From contig CM059438.1 in NCBI GenBank assembly GCA_030390025.1, forward strand, positions 46,686,001-46,750,000: 64,000 nt of DNA, read 5' to 3'. The translations under genes were made by a program, and so were the position numbers. Source of the stretch: Squalus acanthias (taxonomy: Eukaryota). Under the pieces are notes generated by a model. The model did not search any database and was not told where the DNA came from. It saw nothing but the letters and a program-made list of their open reading frames with translations. Positions 12,401 through 23,897 of the stretch are shown here, piece by piece; the stretch's first letter is position 1, and each line of letters opens with the position of its first letter.

Positions 12401-15400
12401 CAATTGGGCTCCGATCAAAGAATTCGCTCAACGATGAATCTTTAACCGGGCTAAACTCCAGAGAGTCAGGCGATTTGACCGGGGAGGTTTCTAGTTCTTC
12501 CCGATAATTGCCCGCATCCATATAATCTCCGTGTCTGTTGGAATGACAGTCCTTGGAGCCATTCGTCTGAATAGTCGTCTCTGCTACTTCAAAGAACTGC
12601 TTTCCCTTTCTGGCCCGACCGAGGGTCATGTTGGACACACTGGTTGGCAGCTCAGACTTGTGGGATTTCACCTGATCACCATTGCATTCTTGCATCTTAG
12701 AAGCCAGTTTTGTTTTTTCTTCCGGAACTCGGAGTGGGATCTGTGATGGACCTGAACTTTCCATTTTCACAGTTCTTACTCCTGTGTGCTCGCCGGCACT
12801 GTCACCATCTTCTCTCATAACTAGCTCCGTGTAAACCATTTTCTTGGACGGAGAGGTCAACAGAGCCTCTTGAATTTCCTTTATAGAAGGCCTATTATTT
12901 GACAGATGCTCCTTCTCCATCACAGAAGGGCCAACCTTTTCTTGCACCTGCCCATTGGCTTGAAACTCAGCATGAGCAGCATCATTGTCCTTCAGATTGT
13001 CATGTATAAGTACATGTGTAAGCTTGTCCCGATGTGATTTGTGATTGGAATTCCCACAGTTTTCCCAAGTTCTGTAGACCTTTCTTTCTTTATCGAATTT
13101 TATTTGGGACTCCGGTTCTTTATTCAACGTTGCCTCTTTTTCAGAAGATCGAACGCTGCCTTTTGCACCAAACATCAACGGCTTTGGAGCAGTGGCCATA
13201 AATTGGGAAACATTTGGCACAACTTCCGCCGTCTTCTGAAGCACCGAGGACGCCAGCTCTGCTCCAACGTTCAAACCTCCGAGTCCACTGACGTCTTTCA
13301 ACTTACTGCTGTGCACTTCCTTCACCGCTGAGACAGCCCCTTCCGCTGCGTGCTCCAGCTTCTTCTGATTGATTTCTTTCAAAGAAAACTGGTAGACCGG
13401 CAGCTTGCTTTCATGTTGCCTTTTAAGAGGAAGGTTTTGCTGCCCTTCTTGCAGGCTCCTCTCGAAAAAGTTCATTTTCACTTCGTCGTCGGCTTGAGCG
13501 CTGGAGTACGGTCCGACAAACTTTCTGAACTTGCCGTCAGCGTGATCGTCCTGCGCAACTCGGTCGTGCAGGTAGGTGTAGCGGGAGGATTCGTTGATTT
13601 TCTGCACCACAACGGGCTCAGATTTCGAATGGGGGGAACCGTTTTTGGTCTGTTTGCAATGGAACGCTGGCTGCGACAGATCTTCACCTGGTTTCATTTT
13701 ATCTTTCGCGTCATCTGAAAAACTGGAATAGGTCCTTCGCGCAGAGGCCGGCCCTGAGTCGGCCGCTCTCTTCTCTTCGGCGCGTACAGAATACCTTCGA
13801 AAGCACGGGTCACCCGGCTTCTCCTGGCCCCATTCATCACTCGGCATTGCCTCAGTCAGCTGTAGCTTCTCGGGGCTGCTGCTGGCGGAACTGAAGCCCG
13901 AATGCGTTTGCATTCCTTCCCTTCTGTACGGCTTCTTCTCCGGCGACTGCAGCTCGTCATTTAGCTTCTCCGTTTTATCTCGAAAAAACTGAGACACTTC
14001 GGTCAGCTTCTCTTCCGCTTCTTTCACCGTTCGGTCAACCCGGTCTTCATAAATGAGCTTTTCCCTTCCGCCTTCTAGCCGGTCCTCACTAAAACGCATC
14101 CACAGGGCATGCTTTGGGCTGCCAGACTCTGGCGGATAGTGTAGGACTGCAACCTTTTCGTAACAATCGTCCTGGTCAGTGGGTTTCCCCATGTTTTCAG
14201 GCATCAGTTTGTGCAGCTTGGCAAGTTCTCTCTCCTGCGCTGAATCATGCTTTCTTTTGTAATGACCAATCACCTGCGAGTCCGCACAGAAGGCCTGAGG
14301 TTGCTCGGTGACCGATTCCTCGGTATCAGAATGAGAGATATCCATTTTTTCGGAAAGAAGCATTTTCTCCGCAAACCTGTAAGACTCTCCTCTCAGCTCC
14401 GAGTATTCGTCGTCGTGGTACTCGACTGAATGCTGAGTGAGAAGCTTCAGCATTTTGTACGAGTCGTCAGAGACGAGCTGTGCGGAGCTGGGCCGGCTGT
14501 CATCGTCCTGGGAGACGGGAGTGTTCACTCTCGACGATTCCATGTAGGATGGAAGAGATTCTTCAGCAGTGAGCTCCTCTTCCTCCTGTTGTGCCTGTTC
14601 ATCCTGACAGACATCAAACTTCTCCGGGAAAACCTTGGCTTCTCTTACTTCACCCTCTCCCAAAAAATCTTTCGGATAAACGAATAGCTCTCTCTCGGGG
14701 TGCTTTTTTGTCTCTCTTATGATGACTTCTGTTGGCTCCACTTTACTTCCTTTTTCAATATGAAACTCAATAATTCTTTCCACCTTTGGCTTCAAGTTGG
14801 AGTCTTTATCAACGTATCTCAACGGGACTTCTCCAGTTTTGCTACTTTCTGAAGAAACTGTTGACTTGTGCTCAAACAGGCCAGCCAATTCTTTGGAAGG
14901 ATCACGCCCCGACTGAAAAGCCTTCATTATATCTCGAACAGACATAGTTTCCTCTATTCTTTCACTTGCATTGCTTTCAGTGCAGGGAGGCGTGTGATAA
15001 ACCATTCTAGTGGTGGTTGTAATGTGAGTTTCTTCTTTCACACGCACTTCTTTGGACTTCAAGCATTTACTGTCTTCGTCCTCGGATTTCATTTTAATTT
15101 GAAAAGCTTTCACCTTGTCCTTGATCGACCCAATAGGTTGCTCCTCCACATTGGAAAACGTGTCTGCCATTTGCGATGGAGCCAATCCCTTAGTCTTGGA
15201 CTCCTGCATTTCATCCAGTGAGGGCTCGTAGCTTCGAATGACCCGAACTACTTCAGTCCGCGTTTCTGTAATAACTGGAGGTATGGGGACATCATGAAAC
15301 AGAGGCTTAGGCCCAGTGCTCTCTGCGCTCTGGGGGGCTGAAGGAGTCTTTTCACTCCTGGTCTCAAACCCACTGTCTGACAGAGGACTCTTATCGTGAT

Positions 15401-17344
15401 CATGCTGCGAGAAATCGTCAGGCGACTCCAAGATGGCTTCTGTTGCCATCATTGCATCTGCAAGTTTGCTCAATTCCTTCTCTGAAGCAGAAGGTCGCAT
15501 GGCAGGTGGGGGCATCTTAAGTTTATGTTCTGGCAAAGGCATTGCTGGCTTATGAGTTCTTTTGGAGAACATTTTTTCTTCACCTTCCTTTTTGGCATCA
15601 GTTTGACGATATCTATTATCACCCATCTTTCCCAGTGTATCAATACCGAGATCGTTTGTCAAATAGTCAACGACTCTTGCCAAACTGAAGTCCTTTTCAC
15701 CTCCATTTTTGGCTTTCATGTGTACAAAAGTGCCAAATTCCTCATTGGCCTTCTGCTTCGCTTCCTCAATATCATCGTAATCGAACATAACCCATTCGCC
15801 TTCACCCGAAAGATCTCCGTTTGTCTGAGCTCCTTTGACACCATGCTTATTCTCCGTCAACCCATCCTTCTGCAGGATCTCGCTGACTTTCACCAAGTCT
15901 TCTTTAACCTTCTCCACAAGCTTAAAAGGCTCTTCACTTTCATCTTCGCTTTTTCCTCCTTTTGCAGACACTTCCGAAGGGAATGTCTTGTCGCTCGCGG
16001 AGTCCGTTTGCAGGATGGCAGTCATCTTCATCAAGTCTTCCTTCATCTCAGCAACGTCTTTCAAAATTTCCTGACTGGAGGACAGAGAGGATGCGGAAGA
16101 TAGTTTCAGTGCTGAAGGAGCAAGAAACAGGGAGGTTTTCAGTGGGGACAATGTTCGGGTAAACTGAGACGGTGGTTGTGTGCGCGATTCCGTAGTCAAG
16201 GATTTTATTGGCGATAACAATGCGGCAGCTGATTTGGTTAATGGAACGGTCTCTGGGAGTCTCTTCAGTTGCGGCTCCGATAACACATTTACAACGGAAT
16301 ACACTGGTACAGTTAAAGTCGACGACGTCACAGATGTCGTCGGCGCGGATGAAGACCTCAACGAGGAATACAAGGACCCCGCAGGGGGCAATCTTATTGT
16401 TTGAAAAGCAGAAGGGGTTGCAGGTGCTAAGGATTTGAGAGAAGTAAACGTGACAGTAGTGGTGGTCGTGTGGGCTTTCTCCACTGCATCGTGCACAGTT
16501 GCGATGGATTTCTTTGCCAGTACAGCGGCTGATGCTTTCTCGGGTGACAATCCGGCTGCTTGACCGCAGAAGAAAGCCGCTGCCGATGGGTACTTGATTG
16601 GCGATATCGTTCCGTTAGCAGCTGTCTGGCCGCTCGATGAGACGGCCGACTTAAATGGCGAAAACGATGCAGACGGCAGTCCCTGGGCTGCGTCAACGAC
16701 AGACTTAACAGGAGAGGACCCCGAGGCCGACAGTGATTTCAAAGGAGAGGACAGAACTGTGGGCGCGGTTGTAATTATGGACTTGAACGGCAAAGTGGAT
16801 GAGTACATGTTAACAGTAGCTTTAGGGGAGGCCGGCGGGGTCATGGTTATGGAGGATCTCTCCAGTAGCGATCCTGCCGTTGTCGCAGGGGACAGCCGTG
16901 AAGAGAACAACGAAGAAGCTAGTCCTTTTACAGAGGAAGATTCAGGCATTACTGATGCTTTCACTGGTGAAGAAATCAAAGCAGAGGAAGATTTAACAGA
17001 ATACTGAGTCTGTGTCACTACAGTTTTTATAGGTGAGGATGTGGACTTAAATGATCTAATTGGAGATGCTAAATCACTCATAGATCTTACTGAGGAGGTT
17101 GTGGAAGCTCCTAAGGTTGATTTGATAGGTGAAGCAGAAGAGACAGACCAAACTGACTTTAATGGAGAGGCTGTAGGTGTGTTGGACGTTGAACTCGACA
17201 ATGAGGTAATTCCAGATTTTGCTTGTCCAGCTACTGAAATGGGGGCAGCTGCCCATGACTGAAAGGGCCTTGTGGAAAAGACCGGCTTGTAAGAGTACGG
17301 TGCGGGGAGAGACCTGGCGGTTCCTGTACTTCGTTCAATGATTT
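9500..17344 (-). CDS. ANK3: Ankyrin-G neuronal giant exon (480-kDa isoform): serine-rich domain plus extended tail, 7845 nt / 2615 codons
   Basis: ORF 9429..17201 extended upstream in frame to acceptor ttttaag (M-K-IIERSTGTARSLP...); donor ACT G|gtgggg; phase 1 to 1. ANK3-specific blocks [85 protein letters not shown]. Confidence 0.97.
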
Positions 17345-18149
17345 CTTAAAAGTTTCAGAAATAAAATCCAAATGAATAAAAAAAAAAAATCAACGAGAAA
17401 AATTAAAGAAACGGAGAGACCAGAGAAAAAAATTTGGTCAGTGAATCAGGTTAAACACAGTTAGACGAAAGTACAAAACGTTTTTAAAAAAGTACAGCGA
17501 TAAATTCAGTGAGAAAACTGATTGAACAACTTTGATTCAGAAAGAATGTTTTCATTTGTTTCTTTTTTTTAAAAAAACCGTACAAACGTTATCAAACTAG
17601 AAAACAACCAAAGCAGCAAAGAAAACAATGCAAAAACACCGTGAGAAGACAAAAATAGGGGAAAGAATTTGGGATGAAAAGACGAACAAAACACAAACAT
17701 GGAACAAATGGTGAGAATTACAAAGGAGGAGATTTTAAGCTGCACTTCCTACCTGCCTTTCACCAGCTAAATCGTGCAGTTAATCTATACACACCACCAG
17801 CTGACGAATTCAGAATATTGAATTATTTGGTTCCAATACCACTACTATTGAAACCCCTTTTTCTTATTAAGCAAATTAATGTTTGAAGCAAAAATAAATT
17901 AAGATAACTAATTAGTCTTATGACCCACAATAATTCTCAGCCGACGTCATTCGATGCGGAGACTGTGGAGCAACAGAAGTGACGTCAACATCTTCGTCTA
18001 CCCCGAGTCAACGCGACACAGCGTTGCTCCATCAGACACTGACGTCGAGACTTCCTTCTACACTAGCACAATTCAAAATGTGTTATCGTTCAAATTAAGG
18101 TCTCAGAAACAGTTTGAAAATGACCAAATATTTCACTGCCAATTCACGG

Positions 18150-18577
18150 GGTCAGCCTGACTCAGTGGTAACACTACTCGCCTCGGAGTCGGAAGGTAGC
18201 GGGTTCAAGTTCCACTCCAGAGGATTGAGAGCAAAATCTAAGCGGACACTCCAGCGCCGTACTGGGAGAGTGCTGCACTGTCGGAGGTGCCGTCTTTCGG
18301 ATGAGACGTTAAACACCCCATGGCATCATTTTGAAGAGGAGGTGGAGTGAGTCAGGTATCCTGGCCAATATTTATCCCTCAAACAACATCACTAAAAAGA
18401 GATTATCTGGTCATTATCTCATTGCTGTTTGTGGGACCTTGCTGTGCACAAATTGGCTGCCGCATTTCCTTCATTACAACAGTGTCTACACTTCAAAAGT
18501 ACTTGATTGGTTGTAAAACATTTTGGGGGACATCCTGAGTTTGTGAAAGGCGCTATATAAATGCAAGTCTTTCTTTT
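18150..18577 (+). mobile_element. Near full-length tRNA-derived Deu-type SINE
   Basis: Box A-like gactcagtggta, box B gggttcaagttcc, conserved body, L2-like tail gcgctatataaatgcaagtctttcttt. Confidence 0.85.
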
Positions 18578-19079
18578 TGCTTTCTTTCAGTTTCTCTAAC
18601 GAGCTCGCTAACCATAGCACGTGCTTCAGGCGACACCTTACAATCAACAGCTCCTTGAAATTTGTGACAGGGGTCTGGATCTGTGGTGCCTTTAGTCTTT
18701 TCGTATTAAACAGCGACCCACCCTGGGCAGATGTGATCTTCCATTTTTATTGGGGTTATTGCTCAAGAAACTAAACTGCAGGTGATATATAATATTAAAA
18801 AAAAAGAGTGCATCGTAATCCTCATGGAACCAACTTTATTTCGAGCAGCAAATTATATGTATAAAAAAAATGAAATGCGATGAAAAAAAGTAACTCGAGT
18901 GGAAGTTTGCAAATCAAAGCTGGGTCTTACTTTCCAGATATACATGTGAACAGGTAACCGCGGTAAAATACAGTACAAATTTAGCGGTTTGTGTACTTTA
19001 TTTTTAAATTAAGGAGGTCATAAATAAACGGCAAACAATACAAACATTGTCGATGGAGATTAACGGAGAATAGACTCAC

Positions 19080-19164
19080 TCATTCCAGGTTCAGCAAGAT
19101 AGCTGTAGCGCTTACGTAATGCAATAGATGCAAAAGATTGACGGCGGTCTGAAGCTCTCTCGAT
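19080..19164 (-). CDS. ANK3: Ankyrin-G exon preceding the giant exon: IERASDRRQSFASIALRKRYSYLAEPGM
   Basis: Manual translation; acceptor ttcttccag, donor A|gtgagt; 85 nt, phase 0 to 1. Confidence 0.95.
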
Positions 19165-21046
19165 CTGGAAGAAAAAGACGTGGAGACATATTGGTCGGTT
19201 TTATTCCAAATTGAAATATTTTCATTTGCATTTTACGCATGAGATTTTGCAACTCTGCCACAACCTCTACACATAACTTTGTGACGTAGAAACCCAATTG
19301 AACCAATGTGTTGCTGCTTGACATCCTGATTTAGAAGTCAGTTCCCCCCCCCCACACTTTTGATTGTGCATGCTATATAACTACCTTCACCATCTAGGAT
19401 ATTTTTAGAAATGAAGCTACATGTTTTTCCAGTAATTATTTTCTGTTTAATAATATCTCCACTAATTCCTCTTTAAGGTGCTGTCTTGCTTCCTCCTTCT
19501 ACTGGGAGGACAGGATGGCACAGGCCATGGATTTCCTGGTTGTCGTCATCAATGCAATGCCACATTTGGCCAAAAGGAGGTGCACTTCTGCAGGATGGGG
19601 CTGGCCCTGCTTCCAGGAATGCGGAGCTGCATCCAACAGTCCAGTGAACGAAGGCGATCAAGCTGAAATGCCAGTTAAACACTAGGACGTCAACCTATGT
19701 CCTGTCGATGAGAGTTCACTGCTGCATCACTGGGATTCTCTGGGTTGTTGACCAGTACATCACTAACAGCCAATTTAGTTCACCCATACACTACCCCTAT
19801 ACCTGGATTCTGGCTAGAATATAATACTGCAGGTCTCGGAGACTTAGCACATTAAATGCACGTCAAAAGTGCAATGCAGATCTACCCAGTAGATGACTGA
19901 AGGGATTAATCTTTGCTTGATATATTTATTTTTTGGGATATTACTTCCGGCACATAGGTGAACCACATTGACAATTGAAGCGAAATATATCCAGAACTGA
20001 ATTAAGCTCTGTTTTTTTGTACTTTGACCTGACAGAATAGTGTGCTACTTGTGCTCAACCGTATTTCTTTGCACTTGCTCAGTGTGGACACATTACAGAC
20101 AGAAAGAAGCATGAATGGAATTTCAAAACACAAGCACACAACACACAGGCAAAATGAGTTCACGTAATGTCCCTGACAAAGGTATTACACTAGGCTCACT
20201 ATTGCAATCGGCAAGGTTGTTACTGCCGTGAAACCCACGGCTACAGGTAAATAAGTGTCAGCTTCCTGTGTGGTTAAACCGACTGGTTTTAGTACAAGTA
20301 ATAATTTTGCATTTGTTAGTGGCTTAAAGTGATTTTAGTATCCAGTTACAACAAATATTCTGGTGTTTAATACTGGCATAGGGGGCGTGAAGCTAATTAA
20401 ATCACATGTCGAGTACTTCAACTGGCTTAGAGCTCGCTATTCCAGCATAAGATACACAGGAATGTTCATTTTGATCACAAGCAGACACAGTGATGCAACT
20501 ATTGAGCTATGGCAGTTGACCCAGTACTCGCAACGCGAATTAATGCTTTCCTTCTCCACTAACAACTCAATAATGTGCTACACCAAACACTCAAGAACAC
20601 AGAGATGGGCAAGAGGACTCCACTGTATGATTTCAGCCACCCTAACAACTATCTGAATGCTTTAACCCTTCGGGAGAATTAAACAGGATCACAAAAAAAG
20701 TTACAAGATCATTTTCGAGTGGATTCCAGAATTGCTATAAATTAAGAAATTTGTCCAATCCTCTAATATTTAGCTTTAGAAGTTTGCTGAAGTCAATTAG
20801 CCCTATAGACGTAACAAGAAGGTACATATTTTGAAAGCTAAGAGATTTTTCAGTGCTCGAAGTGTTTGCAAGCTAATTTGAAAAATATTATTTTTTTCCC
20901 CTGTTCACTAGCATGGTTCGACCCTCACAGTCTGAAGAGGGTCAGGCGACAGTTGTCATTAATGACCAAGCCCAATTGCAAAATGCCCCCTGCAATAACT
21001 TAATAGTCATCACCAAGTTTAGACAGGTTATCAGATTTTCCTTTAC

Positions 21047-21073
21047 CTCTTCATCTGGATCTGATTCGGTTTC
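21047..21073 (-). CDS. ANK3: Ankyrin-G 27-nt microexon: ETESDPDEE
   Basis: Acceptor ccataag, donor GAG|gtaaag; phase 0 to 0; corresponds to mammalian ETESDQDDE. Confidence 0.88.
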
Positions 21074-21516
21074 CTTATGGTCCCAAGAAGCATTGCAGAG
21101 ACAAGGAGTATTATAATGGACAGCAGGGAAAAGAAACATCAGGATATGAAAAGGACCCAGTTGGGAGTACAAAAGGTAAGCTGATTAGCACAAGATCAAA
21201 ACAAGCCCAAAGCCAGCAAAACCAAAACATTTAACTTGATTTCATTTACAAAAGAAAAAAACAAATTCACAACAAACGATGGAAAATACCGCAGGAGTAT
21301 CGGCCTCTAAATTACCAGCCAGCGCGAGGGCTTCGTAAACAAACCACGCTATTATCTAGAAAACAGGCTTCAGAGACGTATAAAATTGGAAAGGAATGCA
21401 GTAAGTCTTACAATAGAACAGTGTTTCTAACTTCTAAAGCAGGCAGGTTCTTAGCAAATTATATCATTTATCTCCCTTTCAACAGAAGACCGGGTTATTA
21501 AAGTCTTTCCACATAC

Positions 21517-21639
21517 TTTTTTGTGAGCCGGCAGGGTAATGTTCAGATTACAGATAGCTGCCTGTGGTAATCCTTTGGAAGTTTTCGGTTCCTTGAGGAA
21601 CGACAGACGACCACAGGGCTCCTGGCTGTTGTCTCTGAC
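21517..21639 (-). CDS. ANK3: Ankyrin-G exon, end of UPA: [41 protein letters not shown]
   Basis: Manual translation; acceptor ctttccag, donor AAA|gtatgt; 123 nt, phase 0 to 0. Confidence 0.96.
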
Positions 21640-21915
21640 CTGGAAAGAAGAACCCTTTCATTTTACAATAGGCCATACTGTTGAGCTCTCTGGCATGGAT
21701 GACGACATTTGAACCGACATCACCATAAGCCATCTAACTCATTTGCTGCTTGCGGTATCTTGCTGTGCGCCAAGTGTTTGGCTACAAAACAACGGCTGTA
21801 CAGGAGAGCTTATCGCACAACTTATAAATCAGTACCGCCTTCAGATTGTTTAAAAATATTTACATCGACACATCCAAAAAAATAATCACCCATAAGCACA
21901 TTTTGGGCGAGGGAG

Positions 21916-22300
21916 GGGGACTGTGGTTTAGCCTTTGGCCTTTCACCTCGGAGATCTGGCTTCAAATCAAGGCCAGACTGTTGTGTATGGGTTCCAAGTG
22001 AAATGAGTTCAGGCAGTTTCAGTTCAGTTCTTAGTGGGCGTTGGCCTATAGCACAAAAGTGACACTAACCGGCAGTGCCACTCAAGACAGGACCAAAGGA
22101 TAGTTGGTGTGGGAAATGGAAAAAAAAAAGGGCACTCTGGTGCATTAGGGGGAGCTCTTCTGAGGTTGGGACTGAGGCACACTGTTGGGACAGCAAAGGA
22201 GGACTTGACCCCAATTTCAGTGTTGCTGTACCTGACCTGGTAACGTTTGATGTCGACACTGGGTCCCTGAAACGGAAAATATTCCGTTGCTCTGCACTGA
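21916..22300 (+). mobile_element. LF-SINE-related ancient SINE (degenerate)
   Basis: Ordered motifs gcctttcacctc, ttcaaatc, gtgaaatgagtt, cagttcttagtgg, cacaaaa, tgaggcacac, tgctgtacctg recall the LF-SINE consensus (from memory). Confidence 0.6.
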
Positions 22301-22321
22301 CATCCCTCATCAATTCCCGCA

Positions 22322-22685
22322 TTCCAGTGCAGTGCTGAGGGAGTGCTGCGCTGTCGGAGGGGACGTCGATTCGGATGAGACGTTAAACTGAAGCCCTGTC
22401 TGCCCTCTCAGGTGGATGTAAAAGATCCCACGGCACTATTTCGAAGAAGAGCAGGTGAGCGCTCCCTTGTGTCCTAGCCAACATTTATCCCTAAACCAAC
22501 ATCACTAAAACCGATTATCTGGTCATTATCACATTGATGTTTGTGGGACCTTGCTGTGTGCAAATTGGTTGCTGTGTTTCATACATTACAACAATGACTA
22601 CACTTCAAAAGTACTTCATTGACTGTAAAGCGCTTCGGGAGGTCCGGAGAACATAAAAGGTGCAATATAAATGCAGGTCTTTCAC
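22322..22685 (+). mobile_element. Deu-type SINE, 5'-truncated
   Basis: Homologous to 18150-18577. Confidence 0.8.
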
Positions 22686-23149
22686 TTTGATAAAAGAGCT
22701 CTTCACTACGCATCTGAACAAGTTGATTTCTGTATTGCAGGATTCTCATGTTGCTTTCAGAGGACAATTAAAATAAACTGATACTTCAATGATGAAGAGT
22801 TTCAAATTGGAAGTGCATTAGACTGGTCACTTCATCAGTCATAGTAAAATGGAGTTTAAATGAAAGACCATTAGTTTATCGCCTAAAAGTAGCACACAGA
22901 TTGATTGGAACTCTCACAACACGTTAGTGAATGTACATTGAGAAGAGGAGTTTCAATTTGGGTAACAGATACACAGCTTCAGACAAGGGCCACATGTTTT
23001 CCCTCTGCTCTTTTATACAAAGTCTCCATTATGTTTCACCTGGGGCAGGGGGCATGAGGGAAGGGTTTGGCACCCAGCATTCATGAACCAAATCAATCTG
23101 TCTGGATATATTAGCCTAACAAAGTGACGGTCGATGTTGCTGTATCTCT

Positions 23150-23750
23150 AGTGAGTCCCCCACTCCCTTCGCCCGACTATTGGTGGCCGTGCCTTCAGCT
23201 GTCTGGGTCCTAAGCTCTGGAATTCCCTCCCTAAACCTCTTCGCCTCTCTCTCCTCCTTTAACACACTCCTTAAAACCTAACTCTTTGACCAAGCTTTCG
23301 GTCACCTATCCTATCTTTATGAGCATGTAATCTATTTTTGCTGGTGTTGGCTGAGGGACAAATGTCGGCCAGGACACCGGGAGAACTCCCTGCTTTTTTT
23401 ATTTGAATAGTGCCAAGAGATCTTTAGTCTCCACCTGAGCTGGCAAATGAGATCTTGGTTTAGCATTCCATCCGAAAGATGGCACCTCTGACAATGCAGC
23501 ACTCCCTCAGTACTGCAGCATAGCGTCAGCCTAAATCACGTGCTGAATTCTGTGGTGAGGCTTGAATCCACAATCACGTGAGAGTGCTACCAACTGAGCC
23601 AAACTGTCACGACCTCTTCGATCAAGCTTTTGGTCACCTGGCCTAATATCTTCTCCTTTGGCTCTGTGTCAATTTTTGTCTGATTACGCTCCTCTGAAAT
23701 GCCTTGGGATGCAATTCCTAGGTTAAAGGCGCTGTATAAATAAATGTAAG
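23150..23750. mobile_element. L2 3' end (+) with a nested Deu-type SINE fragment (-)
   Basis: ctctggaattccctccctaaacctct...aaggcgctgtataaat; SINE body at about 23320-23610. Confidence 0.7.
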
Positions 23751-23771
23751 TTCATGATGTTGTTATCTTAC

Positions 23772-23897
23772 CTTCACACCAAAGGGCAATCTATTTTCTT
23801 TGAAAGCGTAAAAGTTGAACACAAGCTGCTGGCCTGCTTTGGCTAGAGGAACCAGGTTTCCATAGCAATCCACAAAGATGGGTTTACCTTCTAGCAC
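23772..23897 (-). CDS. ANK3: Ankyrin-G exon, UPA: [42 protein letters not shown]
   Basis: Manual translation; acceptor ccaacag, donor AAG|gtaaga; 126 nt, phase 0 to 0. Confidence 0.96.

Noticed and set aside
9429-17201. Single-exon 2590-aa standalone gene
   Set aside because: The start is a TTG inside the exon; splice sites at 17344 and 9500 join in phase to neighbouring ANK3 exons
9598-17262. Plus-strand ORFs of 60-190 aa overlapping the giant exon
   Set aside because: Antisense shadows of a long coding exon; no recognisable proteins
18150-18230. tRNA gene (box A/B-like motifs; also about 35020-35094 and 62350-62428)
   Set aside because: These are SINE heads continuing into SINE bodies, with no full cloverleaf evident
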